NCBI GenBank assembly: GCA_937892135.1
Contig: CALAUK010000092.1
Location: 1 to 34,267 of the forward strand
Source: an uncultured Clostridia bacterium
GTDB taxonomy: Bacteria > Bacillota > Clostridia > UBA1381 > UMGS1253
Direction: 5' to 3'
Length of the DNA: 34,267 nt
The position numbers and the translations under genes are program-made. The notes below the pieces were generated by a model, which was not told where the DNA came from, searched no databases, and worked only from the letters and a program-made list of their open reading frames with translations. Of this stretch, positions 1 through 8,338 are shown one piece after another; the stretch's first letter is position 1; the number at the start of each line of letters is the position of its first letter.

Positions 1-53
1 AACGTTATTATAAAGACAATAATGAAGATGCATATTTGATGCTTAAAAAATAG
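1..53 (+). CDS. rimI: 3' end of a GNAT acetyltransferase, probably ribosomal-protein-alanine N-acetyltransferase RimI (partial, begins upstream of window)
   Basis: Frame 3 reads ...RYYKDNNEDAYLMLKK* with stop TAG at 51-53. The YY.D..EDA..M ending is typical of RimI-type GNATs, and rimI directly upstream of tsaD is the conserved tsaB-rimI-tsaD order. Only 16 codons are visible. Confidence 0.4.
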   Translation, partial: RYYKDNNEDAYLMLKK

Positions 54-62
54 GTGACTAAA

Positions 63-1070
63 ATGAAAGATATAAAAATACTTGCGATAGAAAGCTCTTG
101 CGATGAAACTGCTGCGGCTGTGGTGGTAAACGGAAGAGATGTAAGGTCAAATATAATAAATTCCCAGATAGACATTCATAAAAAATATGGCGGAGTTGTG
201 CCTGAAATAGCTTCAAGAAAGCATATTGAGGCAGTTGATGCGGTGGTTGACGAGGCACTATCTTGTGCAGAAATGACTTTAGATGATATTGATGCTATTG
301 CGGTTACATACGGGCCCGGTCTTGTAGGTGCGCTTTTGGTGGGTGTGTCATGTGCAAAGGCACTCGCATTTTCTAAAAACAAGCCAATAGTAGGTGTTCA
401 TCACATTAAGGGGCATATTATGGCAAATCTTATAGCCCATAAAGAGCTTGAGCCTCCGTTTGTGTGCCTTGTTGCATCGGGTGGACACAGCCATATCGTT
501 AATGTTAAAGACTACAATGATTTTGAGGTTTTGGGAAGAACGTGCGATGATGCTGCGGGCGAAGCTTATGATAAAATTTCGAGAGTTCTGGGTTTGGGAT
601 ACCCGGGAGGTCCTCTTATTGACCGTCTGGCTAAAGAGGGAGATAAGAATTTTGTTAAGTTTCCCCGTGTTAAAATGGAAAATGAGCTTGACTTCAGCTT
701 CAGCGGAGTTAAGACGGCGGTTATAAATTATATACACAAGCTTGAGCAAAATGGCGAGGATATTCCAAAAGCCGATATTGCGGCAAGCTTTCAGGCTGCG
801 GTGGTTGATGTTTTAAGTGAGCACACAATTTTTGCGGCTAAAAGATTAGGACAGAAGAAAGTATGCCTTGCAGGCGGAGTTGCGGCAAACAGCGCATTAA
901 GGGCAGCTTTTGAAGAAAAGTGTAAAAAAGAGGGCATGGAGTTTTATGTGCCGCCTATGGTTTTGTGTACAGATAATGCGGCGATGATTGGCTGCGCAGG
1001 ATACTACGAGTTTATAAAGGGAAACGTTTCGGATATGAGCTTGAATGCTGTTGCAAGCTTAGAGTTATAA
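63..1070 (+). CDS. tsaD: tRNA N6-adenosine threonylcarbamoyltransferase TsaD (Kae1/OSGEP family)
   Basis: N-terminus [20 protein letters not shown], with HHIKGH (HxxxH metal motif), SGGHSH and GYPGGP motifs. I prefer ATG 63 (AGGTGA 5 nt upstream) over the track's GTG 54. Confidence 0.92.
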   Translation: MKDIKILAIESSCDETAAAVVVNGRDVRSNIINSQIDIHKKYGGVVPEIASRKHIEAVDAVVDEALSCAEMTLDDIDAIAVTYGPGLVGALLVGVSCAKALAFSKNKPIVGVHHIKGHIMANLIAHKELEPPFVCLVASGGHSHIVNVKDYNDFEVLGRTCDDAAGEAYDKISRVLGLGYPGGPLIDRLAKEGDKNFVKFPRVKMENELDFSFSGVKTAVINYIHKLEQNGEDIPKADIAASFQAAVVDVLSEHTIFAAKRLGQKKVCLAGGVAANSALRAAFEEKCKKEGMEFYVPPMVLCTDNAAMIGCAGYYEFIKGNVSDMSLNAVASLEL

Positions 1071-1085
1071 TCAGGAGTTGATTTA

Positions 1086-3329
1086 ATGGCCAAGATGCTT
1101 TTTAAAACCAAAGGAGATGCTTCTCCAACAGGAAAACCGAGGGTGTATTTTACATGCCATCCTGACGATTTTGAGAAGTGCTTTGATAAAATTTGTGAAG
1201 ACATTTTTAAAACTCACGACTGCGCTGTGTACTACACAGAGGATATGAATGAGAAAATCTCTGAGGAAGACAAAGATATCGATATTGGAAGCAACAACTT
1301 AGTTATAATCCCTGTTACATATAAGCTTTTGACTACGCCCAACAGAGCTATGGACGAAGATTTTCCTTATGCAATAAAAGAAAATATACCTGTTTTGCCG
1401 ATTATGATGGAGACGGGGCTTGATAAGATATACGAAAGACCTGATAAGTTCGGTGAAAAGCAGTATTTATTCCCGTTCAGCAATGATTTAACTGAAATTT
1501 CCTACGAGGAAAAGCTTTTAAAATATTTAAATTCCGTCCTTGTAGGCGATGAGATGGCAAAGAAAATTCGGGCGGCTTTTTTGGCACACATATTTTTAAG
1601 CTACAGAAAAAAAGACAGACGATACGCAAACGAGCTTATGCGTATTATTCATAAAAATCCTGACTGCCGTGATATTGCGGTTTGGTTTGATGAGTTTTTA
1701 ACTCCGGGCGAAAGTTTTAAAGAAAACATAGAAAAGAATTTAAAAGACAGCAAAGCCTTTGCTTTGCTTGTTACGCCGAGCCTGCTTGAAGAACCTGACG
1801 GGGAACCGAACTTTGTTATGAAAGAAGAATACCCTGCGGCGAAAAAAACGGGAATTGATATTTTGCCTGCGGAAATGGAAGAGACAGATAAAAACGCCCT
1901 TTTGGAAAAATTCGATGGAATTCCCGAATGTGTGAGTGCATATGATGAGGAGTTTGTAAAGCGCCTTGTGGCTTCTGTTTTTAAAGAGGCGGACTTATCA
2001 AAAAAAGATGACCCTGAGCATGATTTTCTTATAGGACTTGCATATCTTAGCGGAACAGATGTTGAAACGGACAGAATAAGAGGTTTAGCGCTTATAACCC
2101 TCGCTGCAGAAAACGGTGTGTATGAGGCTATTGAAACAATTTCTAAAATGCTTTCAGATGGTGCCGATACAGCGGAAAAAATGCGAACGGCAATTAAATG
2201 GGGCGAAAAAAGAAAAAATCACTGTATCAGTAACTTTGGAGAAGAAGACGAAAGAACAATTGATGCTTATAACGAGCTTAGCCACTTGTATTCTAAATGT
2301 GGCAATAATCACGAGGCAGTTAAACTGATTAAAAAAGCATATATGATTTCTAAAAAGCTTCGCGGCGAAGACGATAAAGAAACTATCCTTTTAAAGAGTA
2401 ATATGGCTCAAAAATACGGTTTGATTGGCGACTACAATGAGGCTCTTCGTCTTAAAGAGGAAATATACAAAACTGCAAGGCAGAAATTTGGGATGAAAGA
2501 CAAGTTTACATTGGCTACGGTAAACAACCTTGCATCCACGCTCGATAAATTCGGGGAATGGGACAGAGCCCTTGCTCAGAAGAAGAGAGCATTTAGAATT
2601 GCCTGTGAGCTGCACGGAACAGATGATGAAATGACCATCAGGGTCAGAACAAATCTTGCAACAGGATACAGGAGCGTTGGAGACCACAGAGAGGAAGCAA
2701 GGCTAAACGAAGAAAACTTAAAGATAGCTTTAAGAGAATTGGGCGAAGAAAATCCGATAACTCTTAAAGTTATGAGCAATTTAGCAGTAGCTTTGGGTGA
2801 AATGGATAATAAAGAAGACAGAGAAAGAGCCTTCGACTTTAGCGAAAGAGCCTATAAGCTTCGCACAAAGGTCTTAGGAGAAGCACATCCTGACACAATC
2901 GAGTCGTTAAATAATTTATCTTATGCGTGTTATCACAGGGGAAAACGTGACGAAGCAATTTCTAATCTTGAAAAGGCGAGAAACCTCGCATACAAGGCTT
3001 TTGGTCCAAGGCATATGACCACTCTTGAAATTATGAACAATTTAGCTTATCTTTATTCTGAAGATAACAAGGGAGAAGAAGCGATTGAAATAAATTATAA
3101 GGTGTGGCAGACGTACAAGGAGCTTCTTGGCGAAGACAATTCCAAAACACTTTCTGCAGCATTTAAATTAGGTGTTGAATACAGTAAGCACTCTACAGTG
3201 AAAAAAGCGGTGGAGCATTACAGAATGCTTTTGCCACTTCAAGTTCGGGTGCTTGGAGAAAATCATGCAGAAACAAGACAGGTAAGGGAGTTTTTGACCA
3301 GTGCCAAAAAATTATATCCAAAGCTGTAA
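1086..3329 (+). CDS. Tandem TIR-like domain protein with Sel1-like and KLC-type TPR repeats (no NTPase domain)
   Basis: AGGAG sits 8 nt upstream of the ATG. aa 167-266 (HIFLSYRKKD...IAVWFDEF...SKAFALLVTPSLL...FVMKEEYPAA...ILPAEME) follow the TIR_2 pattern. aa 18-110 are a diverged copy of the same module. aa 313-358 are Sel1-like. aa ~388-730 hold at least 8 TPR units (NNLA..Y...G...EA / LGE.HP.T). No P-loop, signal peptide or TM segment. Confidence 0.75.
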   Translation: MAKMLFKTKGDASPTGKPRVYFTCHPDDFEKCFDKICEDIFKTHDCAVYYTEDMNEKISEEDKDIDIGSNNLVIIPVTYKLLTTPNRAMDEDFPYAIKENIPVLPIMMETGLDKIYERPDKFGEKQYLFPFSNDLTEISYEEKLLKYLNSVLVGDEMAKKIRAAFLAHIFLSYRKKDRRYANELMRIIHKNPDCRDIAVWFDEFLTPGESFKENIEKNLKDSKAFALLVTPSLLEEPDGEPNFVMKEEYPAAKKTGIDILPAEMEETDKNALLEKFDGIPECVSAYDEEFVKRLVASVFKEADLSKKDDPEHDFLIGLAYLSGTDVETDRIRGLALITLAAENGVYEAIETISKMLSDGADTAEKMRTAIKWGEKRKNHCISNFGEEDERTIDAYNELSHLYSKCGNNHEAVKLIKKAYMISKKLRGEDDKETILLKSNMAQKYGLIGDYNEALRLKEEIYKTARQKFGMKDKFTLATVNNLASTLDKFGEWDRALAQKKRAFRIACELHGTDDEMTIRVRTNLATGYRSVGDHREEARLNEENLKIALRELGEENPITLKVMSNLAVALGEMDNKEDRERAFDFSERAYKLRTKVLGEAHPDTIESLNNLSYACYHRGKRDEAISNLEKARNLAYKAFGPRHMTTLEIMNNLAYLYSEDNKGEEAIEINYKVWQTYKELLGEDNSKTLSAAFKLGVEYSKHSTVKKAVEHYRMLLPLQVRVLGENHAETRQVREFLTSAKKLYPKL

Positions 3330-3341
3330 GATAAAAACTAG

Positions 3342-3370
3342 TTGCAATTTTGAGGTTTATGTGCTATAAT
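3342..3370 (+). promoter_or_regulatory. sigma-A type promoter for darA-holB-ricT
   Basis: TTGCAA (3342-3347), 17-nt spacer, then TATAAT (3365-3370) preceded by TGc (extended -10). It lies 54 nt upstream of the darA ATG. Confidence 0.55.
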
Positions 3371-3423
3371 ATAACCAGATATACGGGTGAAAGTCATCCG
3401 GAAAAGAAAAAAGGAGGGTTTTT

Positions 3424-3753
3424 ATGAAACTAATACTTGCAATTGTTCATGATGAAGATGGTAATAAAGTTATGACTGAGCTTAACGAACAGGGCTTTTC
3501 TGTTACAAAGCTTGCGACAACAGGCGGTTTTTTGAAGGCAGGAAATATGACACTTCTTGTAGGTACAAGTGAGCAAAATGTCTCTACTGTTATTGATATT
3601 ATTAAAAGAAAGAGTCAGACAAGAAAACAAGTTGTTAGTACTCCTGTTCTTATGTCCGGCTTGGGTAGCAGCTGCACACCATATCCCGTTGAGGTTGAGG
3701 TTGGCGGAGCTACTATATTCGTTGTTGATGTTGAAAGGTTTGAAAAAGTATAA
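3424..3753 (+). CDS. darA: Cyclic-di-AMP receptor protein DarA (PII-like, YaaQ/PstA family)
   Basis: MKLILAIVHDEDGNKVMTELNEQGFSVTKLATTGGFLKAGNMTLLVG is the YaaQ/DarA signature. Its position directly upstream of holB-yaaT matches the B. subtilis yaaQ-(yaaR)-holB-yaaT order. Confidence 0.8.
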   Translation: MKLILAIVHDEDGNKVMTELNEQGFSVTKLATTGGFLKAGNMTLLVGTSEQNVSTVIDIIKRKSQTRKQVVSTPVLMSGLGSSCTPYPVEVEVGGATIFVVDVERFEKV

Positions 3754-4787
3754 TGAGTATAAATCCTCCCGCTCAGGGAAGAAAAACTGCAGATGCGCTT
3801 GTGCGAGGTGCTCGTAAAGGCTTTCTTACGCATGCTTATATTTTTGAGGGCGAACAAGGTCTTGGAAAGAGAGAAGTTGCATATTATTTTGCAGAGGCTC
3901 TGCTTTGCGAGAATAAAGACTCTTCTCCGTGTGGAGAATGCGAGTGTTGCAGGCAGGCTATGGGTAAAAATAACCCTGACCTTAAAAGCTACAGCTTAAA
4001 AGAACTTGTGGAAAAAGACAAAAAGAGCATAGGCGTTGACGATATAAGAGAGATTATATCGGATGCATACACAAAGCCTTTTAAATCAAAATATAAGGTT
4101 TATATTATTGAGGATGCAGATGCTCTTACTATCGCCGCTCAGAATGCGATGCTTAAGATATTGGAAGAGCCGCCCGAGTATATAATATTTATTATTTGTG
4201 TGACTTCTGCGGCTAAAATTTTAAGCACTGTTCAGTCAAGGAGCAGAATTGTAAGGTTCTCTCCGTGCACTGACGATGAAGTTCGTGCTTATGTAAAATA
4301 TAAATATCCTCATATGGCGGACAAAGCAGATTTTGCTGCAAGTTACTCGCAGGGAGTTTTAAAAAAGGCTGATGAGCTTTTTGAGGATGGGAAAATCTTT
4401 TCGTTAAGAAACAGAGTGTTTTCTATTTTAAAAGAGCTTCTTACGGGAACAGACGAGCTTAAGGTTTTAAAATGCGCAGATGAGCTTGATGAAATGAGGC
4501 AGGAGATGTTATCCGGCACGAAAAAAACTTCAAGCGAGGGTTTTTCTCAGGTTTTAGATTTATTCCTTTCGTTTGCGATGGATATTTTAAAAATTAAAAC
4601 CGGAGCCTTTCAGGGAGTTGTAAATCGTGATATGGAAAAGGCCTTAGGTGATATAGCTTCGTGCATAACCTATAATAAGGCGGCCAACTGCGCTGAGAAA
4701 GTGACTGAAGCTTTGTATGCTTTATCAAGGCACGTCAGCTTTAAGGCTATGAGCCTTTCGATGTGCATAGGTATTTGGGATAGTTAA
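3753..4787 (+). CDS. holB: DNA polymerase III subunit delta'
   Basis: AAA+ clamp-loader features: GEQGLGK degenerate P-loop, Zn module CGECECC, IIEDAD (Walker B-like) and SRSR sensor motif. The ATG overlaps the darA stop (TAATG). Confidence 0.85.
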   Translation: MSINPPAQGRKTADALVRGARKGFLTHAYIFEGEQGLGKREVAYYFAEALLCENKDSSPCGECECCRQAMGKNNPDLKSYSLKELVEKDKKSIGVDDIREIISDAYTKPFKSKYKVYIIEDADALTIAAQNAMLKILEEPPEYIIFIICVTSAAKILSTVQSRSRIVRFSPCTDDEVRAYVKYKYPHMADKADFAASYSQGVLKKADELFEDGKIFSLRNRVFSILKELLTGTDELKVLKCADELDEMRQEMLSGTKKTSSEGFSQVLDLFLSFAMDILKIKTGAFQGVVNRDMEKALGDIASCITYNKAANCAEKVTEALYALSRHVSFKAMSLSMCIGIWDS

Positions 4788-4798
4788 GGAGAAGTTTA

Positions 4799-5671
4799 AT
4801 GGTACAGATTGTTGGAATACGCTTTAAGCGTGTTGGAAAGATATACTATTTTGACCCTGACGGAAAAGAAATAACTACTGATATGCATGTTATAGTTGAA
4901 ACCGCCAGAGGGCTTGAAATGGGCGAGGTTGTTATAGCTAACCGTGAGGTTGAAGAAAAAACTGTTATTCAGCCGCTTAAAAAGGTTTTGCGTATAGCAA
5001 CAAAAGAAGATTTTGAAAAGGCTGAACAAAACAAGCAAAAGGAAAAAGAAGCCTTTGATATCTGCCTTAAAAAGATAAAAGAGCATAAGCTTGATATGAA
5101 GCTTGTAGAGGTTGAATATACTTTTGATTTAAATAAAATTCTATTCTATTTTACGGCAGACGGAAGAGTTGACTTCCGTGAGCTCGTTAAGGATTTAGCG
5201 TCTGTTTTCAGAACAAGAATAGAATTAAGACAGATAGGCGTAAGAGATGAGGCCAAGATGCTCGGAAGCTATGGTATCTGCGGAAGAAACCTTTGCTGTT
5301 CTCAGTTTTTGGGTGATTTTGCTCCCGTTAGTATCAAAATGGCAAAGGAGCAGGGCTTATCTTTAAACCCAACCAAGATTTCAGGAACCTGCGGCAGACT
5401 TATGTGCTGCTTAAAATATGAGCAGGACGCTTATGAAGATTTAATCAAGGTTACTCCGAATCAGGGTGCACTTGTTGAGACGCCTGACGGCAGGGGTATT
5501 GTTGAGAGTGTAAGTCTTTTGAAAGGCAAGCTTAAAGTAAATATTGAAAGAAATAACGAGAAGAGTATTCGTGAATTTGATGTAAGCGAGGTTAAGATTA
5601 TTAAAGACCGTCGCCGTGAGGATTTAGAGCTCCTTGACGAAGAAATTTTAAAAAAGCTTGAAGATAATTAA
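4799..5671 (+). CDS. ricT: PSP1-domain regulatory iron-sulfur complex subunit RicT (stage 0 sporulation protein YaaT)
   Basis: Cys-rich PSP1 core (GICGRNLCCSQFL...SGTCGRLMCCLKYE) and the conserved position after holB. Confidence 0.85.
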   Translation: MVQIVGIRFKRVGKIYYFDPDGKEITTDMHVIVETARGLEMGEVVIANREVEEKTVIQPLKKVLRIATKEDFEKAEQNKQKEKEAFDICLKKIKEHKLDMKLVEVEYTFDLNKILFYFTADGRVDFRELVKDLASVFRTRIELRQIGVRDEAKMLGSYGICGRNLCCSQFLGDFAPVSIKMAKEQGLSLNPTKISGTCGRLMCCLKYEQDAYEDLIKVTPNQGALVETPDGRGIVESVSLLKGKLKVNIERNNEKSIREFDVSEVKIIKDRRREDLELLDEEILKKLEDN

Positions 5672-5686
5672 AAAGTGTGGTACAAT
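5658..5686 (+). promoter_or_regulatory. Candidate sigma-A promoter for the ferredoxin gene
   Basis: TTGAAG (5658-5663), 17-nt spacer, then TGgTACAAT extended -10 (5678-5686). The -35 overlaps the last codons of ricT. Confidence 0.4.
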
Positions 5687-5811
5687 GGTTTTGTTATGTT
5701 GTTAATTAAGCAAAGTTGCCCGGCGCAGTGTCTTTTAAAGGCGTTAATGGGCGGAGCATATTTGTTTATTATTTATTTAACATAAACTTTTGGGTGGGAG
5801 GTGTATTTTAA

Positions 5812-5982
5812 ATGGCATACAAAATTAATGAAGAGTGCATCAGCTGTGGTGCTTGTGAGGCAGAATGCCCCGTAAGCTGCATCAGCGCAGGAGATGACGT
5901 ATACGTAATTGACGCAGACGCTTGTATCGATTGCGGTAGCTGTGCAGGTGTTTGTCCTGTAGGCGCTCCTGTTGAGGCGTAA
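5812..5982 (+). CDS. fdx: Clostridial-type 2x[4Fe-4S] ferredoxin (56 aa; not in the ORF track)
   Basis: A codon walk gives MAYKINEECISCGACEAECPVSCISAGDDVYVIDADACIDCGSCAGVCPVGAPVEA*, with two CxxCxxCxxxCP motifs. GGGAGG RBS at 5796-5801. A terminator follows. Confidence 0.88.
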   Translation: MAYKINEECISCGACEAECPVSCISAGDDVYVIDADACIDCGSCAGVCPVGAPVEA

Positions 5983-5996
5983 TTTTATAAGAAAGC

Positions 5997-6030
5997 AAAA
6001 AAGCAAGCGTTTGTATGCTTGCTTTTTTGT
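5997..6030 (+). terminator. Rho-independent terminator after the ferredoxin gene
   Basis: AAAAAAGCAAGC (5997-6008), loop gtttgtat, then GCTTGCTTTTTT (6017-6028). Confidence 0.65.
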
Positions 6031-6062
6031 GTTTATATATATAAAAACCATCGGAGGTGTTT

Positions 6063-8288
6063 ATGGTGAGAAAGATTTTTGCAATGCTTGTCTTTTGTGC
6101 CTTGCTTTTTGTTCCAAATATAGCGGGGGCAGAGAGTTTTTATAAAAGTGAAGAGGTTATAAATATTGCACCGGGAATAACATTAACTAAGGTTCGGGAA
6201 GATTACAGCGGGTATGAACTTACATATTCATATATAACAGCAGATTTTGACGATAAAAATATCGGGCTCACTCTTCTTAAAAGCGAAAAGGGCATAAATG
6301 AGAGAGAAACTGTTTTAAACTTGGCAAAAACTGAGGAGAACGTTGTTGCGGCTATTAACTGCGACTTTTTTGCCATGTCTTCAGAAAGCTTTAGTCAGGG
6401 AATAGAATATAAAGACGGAAAGCTTTTGCAGTCTCCTATTGACACGAATGCTTTTGCGGGGGGCTTTTTATATGAGAAAGACCTTTTGTTTTCAAATATA
6501 GATTTTCATATAGTTGTAACCGCTCCTAATGGCGCACAAAGGGAAGTATATCGCTTAAATAAACCTATGAACCTGTTTGGTGAGCTTTTAATGTATACTC
6601 CTGACTATGAAGACGGTTTTTCGCCCGCTCCCGGAGGCGGCGTTGTTGAGATGTTTGTTTCTGATGGAGTGGTTGTAGGTTTTAATCGCACGAAAGAACC
6701 TGTCAAAATTCCTGAGGACGGATATGTTCTTTTGATTTCCGATATGTACGATTTTATAAGCGCCAACTTTAAAGAGGGCGATGAAGTAAAAATAGATTAT
6801 AATATAACTCCCACATTGGAAAATCTTACTATGGCATTTGGCGGCGGTACTGTTCTTTTAAAAGACGGAGAAATTGCGCCTTTTACAAACAATATAACAG
6901 GATATAATCCGAGAAGTGCAGTAGGAACAGATAAATCGGGGAAAAAACTTTATCTTCTCTCCGTAGACGGCAGGCAGAACACAAGTCGCGGACTTACACA
7001 GACAGAACTTGCAAATCTTTTAAAAGAAATTGGCTGTACAGAAGCATTGAATCTTGACGGTGGTGGCTCTACCAATATGGTTACAAAAACCTATGAAAAA
7101 GAGGGTTTTGTTACTGCTAATTCACCAACTGAAAACAGAAAGGTTATAAATGCTCTTGGAATTACAAGTCTGGCTAAATCGGACGGTAAGCTAAAAAAGC
7201 TTACGCTTAAGGCAGAGGCTGAAAATGTTTTTAAGGGCGAGAGTGTAGGCTTAAGCTTGTTTGGAGCGGACAGCGCATATTCTTATGTTGAGATAGATAA
7301 AGAAGATGTAAAGTTTAATATAAAAAATGTTTCTGATATGAAGTTTTCTTCTGACAAAGGCGGAAGATATGAGGTATATGCTACATATAAAGGAATAAAG
7401 TCAAATTCTGTTTATATAAATGTTATTTCTGATATTTCGGGAATAGATATAAGTCCGAAAATTACTATGGACAAAGAAACTTATGAGCTTAATATAAATG
7501 TGTTTGATCAGCAGGGAAGATATGTTAAAGCGCCTTTTGAAGTCTTTGATATTCTGGTAGAGGGAGAAGCGGCAGAATTTGATAATGGAAAGCTTATAGC
7601 AAAAGAGGCGGGCGAAGCGATTTTAAAAGTGTCTTATGGTGATGTGTGCGCGTTTTCTAAAATTATTGTAAATATGGAAAGCGAAGAGGAGATAAAAAGG
7701 TGCTCTCTTCCTCAGAACATTTTAAAAGATGAGGCAGAGAAAGATATAGAAAATCCTGACTTTGCTTTCTCGTATACTGCAGCACCCAAAGAGGAAAACA
7801 CCTTGTTTGACAGGCTTTATATAAAAAAGGCAGAAGAAACTGTTTTGAAATATGATGTGGGAGCGGTTTTGGGAAGAAAGAATTCTGATAAATATGAGTG
7901 CACAAGAAAAGACGGAGCGTTGTTTATAAATCTTCCTACGAAAAACGGCTTTGTAAGAAGTGCTGACACAAAGGCGCTGGACAGCCTTAAAAAAGATATT
8001 ATTTCTTCCGACGAGAAAAACATATTTATAACCACCGAAGGATATTTTGATATGGACGGAAGAGAAATCCGTGCAATCATAAATGTTTTAAAGGAAACGG
8101 GCAAGGGCGTTTATGTTATTTCAAAGGGCGAGGCAAATGGTGTTAAAATTATAGACGGCATAAGATTTTTTACGATAGCTGACAATTATTCGTACGTTAA
8201 TCTGACTGACGCAGTGGAAAATATTAAAATGCTTGTTTTTAATGTTCAAAATGACGAAGTTAGCTACAGCTTTAAAAATATCTATTAA
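6063..8288 (+). CDS. Secreted phosphodiester glycosidase family protein (DUF2233/NAGPA-like) with Ig-like and C-terminal extra domains
   Basis: Signal peptide MVRKIFAMLVFCALLFVPNIAGA. Core motifs NCDFF, RSAVGTDKSGKKLYLLSVDGRQ and ALNLDGGGST are typical of DUF2233. ATG 6063 follows GGAGG (6053-6057), so I prefer it to the track's GTG 6057. Confidence 0.65.
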   Translation: MVRKIFAMLVFCALLFVPNIAGAESFYKSEEVINIAPGITLTKVREDYSGYELTYSYITADFDDKNIGLTLLKSEKGINERETVLNLAKTEENVVAAINCDFFAMSSESFSQGIEYKDGKLLQSPIDTNAFAGGFLYEKDLLFSNIDFHIVVTAPNGAQREVYRLNKPMNLFGELLMYTPDYEDGFSPAPGGGVVEMFVSDGVVVGFNRTKEPVKIPEDGYVLLISDMYDFISANFKEGDEVKIDYNITPTLENLTMAFGGGTVLLKDGEIAPFTNNITGYNPRSAVGTDKSGKKLYLLSVDGRQNTSRGLTQTELANLLKEIGCTEALNLDGGGSTNMVTKTYEKEGFVTANSPTENRKVINALGITSLAKSDGKLKKLTLKAEAENVFKGESVGLSLFGADSAYSYVEIDKEDVKFNIKNVSDMKFSSDKGGRYEVYATYKGIKSNSVYINVISDISGIDISPKITMDKETYELNINVFDQQGRYVKAPFEVFDILVEGEAAEFDNGKLIAKEAGEAILKVSYGDVCAFSKIIVNMESEEEIKRCSLPQNILKDEAEKDIENPDFAFSYTAAPKEENTLFDRLYIKKAEETVLKYDVGAVLGRKNSDKYECTRKDGALFINLPTKNGFVRSADTKALDSLKKDIISSDEKNIFITTEGYFDMDGREIRAIINVLKETGKGVYVISKGEANGVKIIDGIRFFTIADNYSYVNLTDAVENIKMLVFNVQNDEVSYSFKNIY

Positions 8289-8338
8289 GCCCTTGAAAAA
8301 ATACAGAGGATATAGTAAAATAGTTAAGAGGTGTTACT

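Noticed and set aside
348-749. 133-aa minus-strand ORF, plus the other short ORFs overlapping tsaD
   Set aside because: They lie inside or antisense to the well-supported tsaD frame, with no independent coding signals.
1113-1139. GDASPTGKP near the N-terminus of the TIR/TPR protein, considered as a P-loop
   Set aside because: The spacing is G-x5-GK followed by Pro, not GxxxxGK[ST]. There is no Walker B or NTPase-sized domain, so it is not a STAND/AAA module.
5773-6051. 92-aa minus-strand ORF from the track
   Set aside because: The plus strand here encodes an unmistakable 2x[4Fe-4S] ferredoxin with RBS and terminator, so the minus ORF is its antisense shadow.
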